Positions 9,621 through 17,658 of a stretch of 55,546 bases of DNA are shown in pieces; positions within the stretch are counted from its first letter, which is position 1, and the number at the start of each line of letters is the position of its first letter. A program made the position numbers and the translations under genes. The notes under the pieces were generated by a model. The model ran no database searches and was not told the DNA's origin. It was given only the letters and a program-made list of their open reading frames with translations. The stretch is from Promethearchaeati archaeon (GTDB lineage Archaea > Asgardarchaeota > Heimdallarchaeia > Heimdallarchaeales > Heimdallarchaeaceae): NCBI GenBank assembly GCA_013166775.1, contig JABLTJ010000032.1, positions 1 to 55,546 of the forward strand, given 5' to 3'.

Positions 9621-10901
9621 TTATTTTCCTTGCATCGCTCTATAGAACTTTGGATAAGTTTTCGACTGATGCTTAAGACAAATCTCTTCAGATAAACTTC
9701 TTTCTAAAGGGAATACCTGACTTTTGTAGGTTTGCAGCTCTTTGTTAATCTTATTCGCAAAACACCCGCTTTTAGGTAAACCGATTATAGAATTCATCTC
9801 TTTCCATAATTCTTTGACTTCTTTATCCAACACGTTACCAAAAGAAAGTGGAACAAAATCACAAGGAAGCATATCTCCATTTGGAGTAATATATGAGTGC
9901 TGAGTCCCTGCACCGCATCCATATTTAGCATCGCTTTCTGTATGTGCGAATGTAATCATTTTAGGAAGTTTTAATTTCTTATTAATTTTGAATTGCAACT
10001 GGATAAGTTTTTGTCTGGTTTCTTTATCGAAGAATATTCCTTCTCTGCTATCAGTGTAAAATAGCTTTCCGCTTCTTATCGGTTCAAGGATTCTAATCTC
10101 ATGAACATCAAGCTCTTTTCCAAATCTGAACAACTCAAATAGAAAATCCTTCGTTACATCTTCTTTTCGGAGAACTGTTTGCATCATTGTATAAAGGCCA
10201 GCTTTTCGACAATTCTTGAGAGCATCTACAGAATTTTTAAATGCGTTTTTGTTTTTACGAAATTCATTGAAATACTCTTCATCAAATGAATCAAGGCTAA
10301 CTCCAACAGCAAATAATCCATTTTCTTTGAAGGATTTAGCTTTTTCATAAGTCAAACCCTTCCCATTTGTATAAAGAATAGTCACACTTCTTTCATCAAC
10401 AAACGAAATAATGTCTTCAAGGTCTTTTCTCAGTAATGGTTCTCCACCTGTGAAACCAATTACAGATGTTCCCATTTCTTGAAGATCTGATATTACAGAT
10501 TTCCACTCTTTTGTTGTGAGTTCCTTTTCACTTGTTCTTCCTTTTGCACTGCAGTGATCACAGTTGTAATTGCAATTATAAGTTAAAGCTAGGAAGAATG
10601 ATATTGGAGCATTACGTTGAGCTAACATCTGCTGAGTAAAGACATTCTCTTTTTTTGGTGTCGCTTTTGCTTGTTGAGAAAATGCGTCAGAAGGTAGTGG
10701 AGGGGAAAAGGAGGAAATAATATACTGTCCTTCATGTTTGACGATTTTTTCTCCGCTTAGCATAACAACTCTGGATTTTAAAGAGTTTTTTATGGAAAAA
10801 TTAGGGTCGTTTTTTACTAATTTATATCCCTCTCTAAAGTTCTTTCTAACTCCTTTGTTTAGAACCATACTAATGATTTTAAAGAAATTTCCTGAAACCA
10901 C
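9621..10901 (-). CDS. Radical SAM protein with SPASM/twitch domain (COG0535)
   Basis: CNYNCDHC, FTGGEPLLR, CGAG..YITPNGDMLPCDF. Start re-called at GTG 10901, which follows an AGGTGA SD-like site overlapping the upstream stop. Confidence 0.85.
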   Translation of the reverse strand: MVSGNFFKIISMVLNKGVRKNFREGYKLVKNDPNFSIKNSLKSRVVMLSGEKIVKHEGQYIISSFSPPLPSDAFSQQAKATPKKENVFTQQMLAQRNAPISFFLALTYNCNYNCDHCSAKGRTSEKELTTKEWKSVISDLQEMGTSVIGFTGGEPLLRKDLEDIISFVDERSVTILYTNGKGLTYEKAKSFKENGLFAVGVSLDSFDEEYFNEFRKNKNAFKNSVDALKNCRKAGLYTMMQTVLRKEDVTKDFLFELFRFGKELDVHEIRILEPIRSGKLFYTDSREGIFFDKETRQKLIQLQFKINKKLKLPKMITFAHTESDAKYGCGAGTQHSYITPNGDMLPCDFVPLSFGNVLDKEVKELWKEMNSIIGLPKSGCFANKINKELQTYKSQVFPLERSLSEEICLKHQSKTYPKFYRAMQGK

Positions 10902-10905
10902 GATG

Positions 10906-11796
10906 TCACCTTTGAGATGATTTTTGAAATATGGCAAGTATGAATTTGTGATTTATTCTGTATTGGTTTTTATAAGCAAGAGTATCTTTTATTTTTTCAA
11001 TAATCTTATTATCAACAACCTTACTCTCTGTGAAAATTTTACCGGTTCCTGCTATAGCTCCTGTTTGCTTTAACCAATCATAAAGCTCGATTGGAGTTTT
11101 AAATATCATCAATTCATTTACAGTCTTTAAGCTGATTGTATCGAAACTATATCTAGAAAACCACGTTTTTAAACTCTTCTCACTTTTAGGAAGATTAAAT
11201 CCAATTTCCATTATTCTATTTATCATTGAAGGATCATCTTTCATTAAATCAAGATATATTTCAGATATGCCTTCTAGTGTTCCTCTACAATTTGAAATTA
11301 AATGAACGGTTCCATTTTCTTTTAAAATACGATTAAATTGCTTAACAACCTTTCTTCGATTAAAATAAGGAATACCAAAACCAAAGTAGATTGCATTATA
11401 TTTTTCAGATTCTTCCATTTCTAGAAAACTCATTCCATCTTGTAGAACAAAGGTGCATCGTGGATCATCTATCTCTAATTGTGCAATTTCAAGCATTTTC
11501 TCAGAGATATCAACTGCGGTTACACTGAGATGAGGATTCCCAATACTACCTAACAAGCTATTTGAAATGTAGCCTGTTCCACAAGCAAAATCCAAGATAT
11601 CTGTGTTCGTCTCTTTTTCCAGAAGATCTATTCTTAGAATCTCATCAGTGTGTTTTTTCATTCTTTCTATCCATCTTGAATAAGTTCTGGAAACTTTGTC
11701 GTATTCTTCTTTATACTCATTTTTTCTAATAACCTTCCCTAATAAGAAAAGATAGATGAATTTGGTGTAGAGTCGGATTGCCTTCAGTAATTTCAT
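10906..11796 (-). CDS. Class I SAM-dependent methyltransferase
   Basis: ILDFACGTG, AVDISEKML; 4-nt gap to the radical SAM gene. Confidence 0.85.
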   Translation of the reverse strand: MKLLKAIRLYTKFIYLFLLGKVIRKNEYKEEYDKVSRTYSRWIERMKKHTDEILRIDLLEKETNTDILDFACGTGYISNSLLGSIGNPHLSVTAVDISEKMLEIAQLEIDDPRCTFVLQDGMSFLEMEESEKYNAIYFGFGIPYFNRRKVVKQFNRILKENGTVHLISNCRGTLEGISEIYLDLMKDDPSMINRIMEIGFNLPKSEKSLKTWFSRYSFDTISLKTVNELMIFKTPIELYDWLKQTGAIAGTGKIFTESKVVDNKIIEKIKDTLAYKNQYRINHKFILAIFQKSSQR

Positions 11797-12099
11797 TCAA
11801 TTCTCATCTTTTATCTTTGATTTATCTACTGTATAAAGTAAACTATCAAAACTATAAGAATAATTCCACCAACTATTGGTACCACAGCAAAAATAAGAAT
11901 AGTATGAAGAAAAAGATCCAGAACCCAAATCCAAGAGCTTTCAAAAATAGAAATTTTGAGAACTAAGAGTATCCTGAGAATTATTATTTCTTTTTCAGAA
12001 CTTTAATCTTGTTAATCATTGCAAGAGTATTTTCTATTTCAAACTAATACTGTGAAGTAAAAATTTTGTAAAAGATTTGTAAAAAAAAGGAAAAAAAGA

Positions 12100-12876
12100 T
12101 TAAGTAAAACCTTCTCTCATTCTTCTAGGTGCAGGTTGAGCTGGTTGCTGTAGAGATTGCTGCTTTTCAGCTATCATAGACAATTGTTCTTTGATTTTCA
12201 CTGCTTCATCAAGAAGTTTCTGGGTTTCAATCGTCATCCCATAAAACTCGTTCATTACGTTAATCAAATGGACTGCAGCTTCAGGATCTGGTATTTCAGA
12301 TGTAGCGGGAGTCATTAAAACTACGCCTACAATATCTCTTAGGAGAGCTTCACTCATGAAAGCTCCTGATAAACCAAGTACTACTCCATGATCGTAAAGT
12401 TCGGCTCCGAATTGTTTGAGTTGATCTGCTACTTCCTTTTCAGCTGCTGTAATTACTACAGGAGATTCAGGTCTTAGTTTTACTGGAATACCGTCTAGAC
12501 AAACTATACTTTTAGCTTCAAGATGTTTCTCTATCCAGTTAAGAAGTCCTTCTGCAACAACTAAATATGCATCTTGAGGGACTGGATATTCAAAAGTAAC
12601 AAGTAATATTGTTCCTGCTTTATTTGAATACAGAAGGTAAGGATGTTTAAGCACATTTTCCATGAAGATTGTCACTGGACTTAGTGAATCTGATTTAAAG
12701 AAACCAATCTCATATAATCCTAAAGATTCAATCATCTGTCTTGCAATTATTGGTCCAATAATTCCTGGACTTGGAAACGTCACATAAACTACAGGATTGT
12801 CAAATTCTTGCTCTTTAGTCTGAACTATAAGAAAATTACCTTTGTGAATGCAAATATCTTCTTCGAATTCTTTCAT
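12100..12876 (-). CDS. Proteasome assembly chaperone PAC2 family (PbaA/PbaB-like)
   Basis: FPSPGIIGPIIA, GLSGAFM, PDPEAA, LLDEAVKIKEQL pattern of archaeal PAC2 proteins. Confidence 0.85.
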   Translation of the reverse strand: MKEFEEDICIHKGNFLIVQTKEQEFDNPVVYVTFPSPGIIGPIIARQMIESLGLYEIGFFKSDSLSPVTIFMENVLKHPYLLYSNKAGTILLVTFEYPVPQDAYLVVAEGLLNWIEKHLEAKSIVCLDGIPVKLRPESPVVITAAEKEVADQLKQFGAELYDHGVVLGLSGAFMSEALLRDIVGVVLMTPATSEIPDPEAAVHLINVMNEFYGMTIETQKLLDEAVKIKEQLSMIAEKQQSLQQPAQPAPRRMREGFT

Positions 12877-12944
12877 TTTATCACTGATATTATATTAACA
12901 AACTATTCAAAAAAGTTTTCTCTCAGTCAAAATAATTTTTCTGT

Positions 12945-13883
12945 TCAATCCACTTTTTCTGTAATATGCTCTAGTTCTTTAGTTCTTCTCATTTCAACAA
13001 GGAAAATTCCTGCTAAAATGAACAGAGCTCCAATTGCAAATATCCAAGTAATCGTTTCTCCTAAGAATATTATAGAAATTATTACTGAAGTGATTGGTAC
13101 TAAGGTTTGAATGATACCTGTTTCTGTAGCTGAGAGGTACTGAAGCAAAGATAACCAAAAACTGTATGCTAATGATGTGGATAAAATAGCTAAAAGAATT
13201 ACTAAAAAAACACCTAAAACACTTATAGACATCTCTCGGGGTGGCATAAGAAAAGCAAAAAAAACTAATATGACAGAACCTAATGATAAACTTACAAAAG
13301 TAACTAGGAGGGGATTCTCTGTGCTGAAAAATTTCTTTAGAAAAACAGTGTAGAGAGCCCATAGAATCCCAGATCCAAAAGCAAGAAGATTTCCTATTAA
13401 TGCTCCCATAGGAAATTCACTTAGATTAAACAAGTATTCATTAAAAATCACTAAGAATAATCCAATTAAGGAAAGAGTTATTGCTAAAGCATATATTTTT
13501 CTGATTCTCTCTTTCAAAATAAAGAAAGCAAAAATAGGTATCAAGACTACGTTTGCATTTAACAGAAAGGAAGCTGTAGAAGCTGTTGTATCTCTTACTG
13601 CTAGAAAGAGAAATACTGGCATAAAAGCTGAAAAAATAGCCACAAAAATGTATTTTAACAAATTATTTTGTAGAGAATTCCAAATATCTTTGTTCTTTAC
13701 CTTCGATTGAAAAATCAAGATAAAATAAAGAACTACCGCTGCTATAAGATATCTAAAAAATGCTAGCTGAAAAGGAGATAATTCTTGCTTTTGATCTATT
13801 AAATAATCACCGATTACAGGGGTTAAAGCCCATCCCATAACAACAGTAGCTACTTTCAACCAATGAGCTAGCTTCTTTTTCAC
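12945..13883 (-). CDS. DMT/EamA family transporter
   Basis: WALT, LAFFRYLIA, FFILKERI, WALYTVFLK, IFLGETI in two EamA repeats. Start re-called at GTG 13883 to remove the overlap with degV. Confidence 0.88.
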   Translation of the reverse strand: MKKKLAHWLKVATVVMGWALTPVIGDYLIDQKQELSPFQLAFFRYLIAAVVLYFILIFQSKVKNKDIWNSLQNNLLKYIFVAIFSAFMPVFLFLAVRDTTASTASFLLNANVVLIPIFAFFILKERIRKIYALAITLSLIGLFLVIFNEYLFNLSEFPMGALIGNLLAFGSGILWALYTVFLKKFFSTENPLLVTFVSLSLGSVILVFFAFLMPPREMSISVLGVFLVILLAILSTSLAYSFWLSLLQYLSATETGIIQTLVPITSVIISIIFLGETITWIFAIGALFILAGIFLVEMRRTKELEHITEKVD

Positions 13884-13962
13884 AACAAAACATCGTTTGA
13901 GAATATCTAAATGTTTCGTAAAAAAAACAAAAACTTTTATTTCAGTGTATTTAGCTATTACT

Positions 13963-14835
13963 GTGCGAATCAAGATCATTACCGATTCAACCTCTGATTT
14001 AACTCCTGAGCTTGCTGCAAAATATGGTATTGACATAATCCCAGCTAATATTGTTCTAGATGATGTGGAAATACTAGACGATGGAACACTTAAAGCTTCA
14101 GAATTTTATGAAAAAATAGATCTATCAAGTAGATCCTATACAAGTGTTCCCTCTCCACAGATTATCTGGGAGGTTATTGAAAAGAACAAAGATTATGATC
14201 ATCTTCTAATTATCAATGTTAGCCAAAAGCTCTCTGGTTTTTTTAGTGCAAGCTCTACAACTGCAAAGCAATACAGAAAGGATAACAGTAAAGCTCCTGA
14301 GATCACTGTTTATGATTCGAAAGGAGTATCAGCAGTCTTAGGAACGATTGTAATAAAAGCTGCACAACTAGCGAAACAAGGGCTAACCGTCAAGAAAATA
14401 ATCAAAACTCTAGACAAATTTAGAGATGAAGACGTTCGAGTTTGGATGACTGTTTCAGATTTGAAAAAAATGTATGAAGGTGGAAGAATTAGCAGATTGA
14501 GATATTTGCTAGCAGATATTATGCATGCTTATCCTATTTTCTCTTTAGTTGATGGAGAGCTAGATTTAGTGAGTAAAGATTTTGGTTTCGAGAGAACTTC
14601 AAAGAGAATAGTTACTCATGTTCAAGAATTTTATAAAAAGAATGATAAAGTGTTTTTGTGGTCAGCTAAAACTGTACCCAGTGATAATCATCAGCTCTTT
14701 GCGAGTTTAGTAGAAGCTATATCTACACCTAAAATCGTAGGTATTGAAGAATTCTTTGTTGGCTCTATAATAACTTGTCACACTGGTTCAAGAGTTTACG
14801 GTGTAATAGCAGCAAGAAATTTTAAACTCGATTAA
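13963..14835 (+). CDS. degV: DegV (FakB-like) fatty-acid-binding protein
   Basis: IKIITDSTSDL, TSVPS, SQKLSG, YDSK, GGRI, CHTG. Start re-called at GTG 13963 with a TTTTATTT box at 13935-13942. Confidence 0.88.
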   Translation: MRIKIITDSTSDLTPELAAKYGIDIIPANIVLDDVEILDDGTLKASEFYEKIDLSSRSYTSVPSPQIIWEVIEKNKDYDHLLIINVSQKLSGFFSASSTTAKQYRKDNSKAPEITVYDSKGVSAVLGTIVIKAAQLAKQGLTVKKIIKTLDKFRDEDVRVWMTVSDLKKMYEGGRISRLRYLLADIMHAYPIFSLVDGELDLVSKDFGFERTSKRIVTHVQEFYKKNDKVFLWSAKTVPSDNHQLFASLVEAISTPKIVGIEEFFVGSIITCHTGSRVYGVIAARNFKLD

Positions 14836-14843
14836 TCATCCTC

Positions 14844-14963
14844 TTAAAAGTTATCATTTCTGTATCGTACTAATTCTGGTTCTATCATATCTAGAGGACT
14901 ATATATTTGTCTCCCATATTCATGTCTTATATCAATTTGCAATACTAGTTTAATTTGTCTCAT
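14844..14963 (-). CDS. Possible 39-aa small ORF coupled to the upstream gene
   Basis: ATG overlaps the upstream TAA (TAATG); MRQIKLVLQIDIRHEYGRQIYSPLDMIEPELVRYRNDNF; fills the gap up to the degV stop. Confidence 0.25.
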   Translation of the reverse strand: MRQIKLVLQIDIRHEYGRQIYSPLDMIEPELVRYRNDNF

Positions 14964-15832
14964 TATACTTTTGTATTGTCATTTTGATCAATGTTATTCG
15001 TAATCTTCTGTACTCTTTTTCGTACGCTAAGCAATATTATAATTATTACAGGTGCGAAAAAAGCAACAATAATAGCAATCTCAGAACTAGTGAATTCTCT
15101 ACCTTGATGGGTAAAGGTAATAAAAATATCATGAGGTTTGTTATCTTGGGAAAAGATTACTAGCCAATCCTCATTTTTGTCGATTGTAATTTCTGCTGAT
15201 CTAAATGTTGTACAACTGAAATAGAAAGTACTCTTATACCATTGAGTGTTTGTTAAGGGATTCTGGTTGGTTATATAAAGACCCACAAATCCCTTGTCAT
15301 CTAAAACCGATACCTCAGCAAGAAATCTTCCAGATTTCACATCACTCAAAGAGATGATTTTCATATCTTCAGGACTAAGAGTTGACACCCAACACCAATT
15401 TTTTGATGATTCAAAATAGTATCCATCTCCTTCTCTTTTTTCGAGTTGAATTGTGTTGAGACGAACATCAATGTATAGATTCTCAAAAAATGGATTAGAG
15501 ATTTTTAAAGTGTAGGTATTATTAAAAGTGAAAATTAGATTAAAGTGTGATGAAATATTATATCTTGATAGGATTGTATATTGACTTTGATTTAGAATCT
15601 CTACATGGTATTTTTTTGAAGAATTACAAAAGATATAGAGTCTTTGAAGAGACAGAGAATTAACTTCTATAACATATTTTATCTCGCTTTCTGGCGGAAC
15701 AACATCACTATATTGAGTTGTTGCTTCAGTATTAAGGTTGTGAAAAAGGGGTAATGCTAAAATAAAAAAAACAGAAATAAAGAAAAAATATGTGCTCTTT
15801 CTCACAATTTTAACGTAATTCTCTTTTTGCAT
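14963..15832 (-). CDS. Secreted/membrane-anchored hypothetical protein
   Basis: N-terminal hydrophobic signal, beta-rich middle, C-terminal TM followed by RKR. Confidence 0.7.
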   Translation of the reverse strand: MQKENYVKIVRKSTYFFFISVFFILALPLFHNLNTEATTQYSDVVPPESEIKYVIEVNSLSLQRLYIFCNSSKKYHVEILNQSQYTILSRYNISSHFNLIFTFNNTYTLKISNPFFENLYIDVRLNTIQLEKREGDGYYFESSKNWCWVSTLSPEDMKIISLSDVKSGRFLAEVSVLDDKGFVGLYITNQNPLTNTQWYKSTFYFSCTTFRSAEITIDKNEDWLVIFSQDNKPHDIFITFTHQGREFTSSEIAIIVAFFAPVIIIILLSVRKRVQKITNNIDQNDNTKV

Positions 15833-15871
15833 TTAACTTTTACTACTGAGAATTTTCTCAAGTAAAAGCGT

Positions 15872-17651
15872 TTATTCTTGACTAAAGAACTGTGTAATCT
15901 TTTCCTTTAATGTCTTAATAGAACTATGTCTTTCAAAGTTGAAAAAACTCGAAAATTTAGTCCCCCTTGGATCAAGCAAGACATGAACTGCTCGATCTCC
16001 TTTATTACGAATCGCTCTCCCAAAACTCTGAGCCAAACGTTGAATCATTGGTATTATTATTGAAAATTCCCTTGCTAATTTTTCTCCAAATTGAACTGCT
16101 AAATCATCAAAAATTAATCGACTTTCTTCTGAGGGAGGTGGGTATGGAAGACTTGTAACAATTATTCCTTTGATTAAACTTCGACCATTGTGAGTAAATT
16201 CCACTCCTTCTGCTATTTTTCCACCTGTAACACATAAGATCAATTTTTTTGATTCAGAACTAGCTACAATGGTTTGAAGTGTAGTAATATCTAGTTCTGG
16301 TGATTCAATAATATCTGGTTTAAGGATCCCTGTCTCTTCTAATTCCTTGATGTACTTATAGCTAGGAGCAAAGACTAAGGTGTGACCCTTTATGGATTCA
16401 GCAATATTCTGTATAGTGCTGCTTACCATGATATAGTATTCAGGTGTTCGATTTTCATATTTAGCATTTAATCTCTGATTCCAAACAACAAAATATCTTC
16501 CCTCAATTTCCTCTTTAGGGGGGAAAACTCGCAAAATTCTTGAATTAGGTAAATTGAAAATCTGTTGGAAAGAGCGAAGTGGTTCAAAGCTCCCTGAAAT
16601 TAAAACCAATCTTTTTGTTTCACTTAACTTATGCAAAATTTCTGAAGGTCTGATGTTAATTATGGAGACTTTCTGAGAATCAGCTAGCAGAGTCTTTTCA
16701 AGACTGGTCATCAAAAAATGATAAACAAGATAAGCATACAATGAAGGGGGATTGTTAAACATAAGTTGAGATTGTAATAAACTGAAAAGCTCTTCTTCGA
16801 GATTCTTCAAGCTGCTTTCATCAAAGTAAGACTCAACAATCTGCTGGTCATTGGTTAACTCAAGTAGTTCCTGGAAAATTTCGTGAGGAAATTCTTCAAT
16901 TGCTTTTTCAATATGTGATAGACTAATGTCCTGGTTTACCGGCTTGTACAAGTTATGAGCTTCATCAATAGCAATGAATATTTGATCTAGTGGAATCCCT
17001 ATACTGTAAAATAAACGAGTAAATAATGCTTGATTTTCAAGAAATGGATAAGAAGTAACAATAATATCAGCTTTTTGCATTAAATAGTAACTGAAAAAAT
17101 ACGGACAATATTTTTCTTGATTTAAACTAGCTAAAATATCTTCTTTGGAGATTACACTTGAATAGGAATGATAAAGATTCTTAACAGCTTCTACAATATC
17201 ATCTCTAGTTACCCTCTGTGTTTTTGCTTTTAAAGGGCATCTTGTCAGATTACAAATATGAGTGTACAACTCTCCAGGGTAATCTTTCTTGGCTTTCAGA
17301 CATAATTCATTCTTACCAAGAAAGGGTATGAAGATTGGAAAATTCTCAAAATGATTTTCTAGCATACTCCAGTGTCTTAGAATCTTGTTATAGATGTTTA
17401 TAGATGTTTGATAGTTCGCGAAGAAAAACGTTTATCTGAGCTTTAGTCCGGACAAAAATAACTACCTTTTCTTCTGGTTTCTTTAATGCAAGTAAAGAGG
17501 ATAAAAGAGCAGCAGTTTTTCCCACTCCAATTTGCGAACTGATTAATGAAGGATTTGATGAAGAAAGGATAGATTGTATTATCTTTTTCTGAGGAGGTTT
17601 CATCTTTTCATAGGGAAATATAATTTTTGCTATCTCCCAACTTTTCTCCAT
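15872..17651 (-). pseudogene. xpd: XPD/Rad3/DinG-family Fe-S helicase split by a 10-bp tandem duplication
   Basis: The 5' part has the Q motif FPY..KPPQ and GVGKT. The 3' part has four Fe-S Cys, IDEAHN, SGS, GGKIAEGVEF and QSFGRAIR. Removing one ATAGATGTTT copy gives a continuous 589-aa frame from ATG 17651. Confidence 0.85.
17390..17409. repeat. Exact 10-bp tandem duplication (ATAGATGTTT)x2
   Basis: Read directly at 17390-17399 and 17400-17409; it lies exactly at the xpd frameshift. Confidence 0.92.
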
Positions 17652-17658
17652 TTCTTTA

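Noticed and set aside
11826-12019. Hydrophobic minus-strand frame ending FAVVPIVGGIILIVLIVYFIQ upstream of the methyltransferase/radical SAM operon, as a possible precursor peptide
   Set aside because: It has no proper start codon in frame (the ATG at 12019 stops after 11 codons), and T-rich DNA yields hydrophobic translations by chance.
13884-14036. Apparent 140-nt head-to-head overlap of EamA and DegV
   Set aside because: Start over-extension; GTG 13883 and GTG 13963 fit the family N-termini and the TATA position.
15847-15860. Palindrome TGAGAA-TT-TTCTCA upstream of the 14963-15832 gene
   Set aside because: Only 6-bp arms in AT-rich DNA; too weak to call without conservation data.
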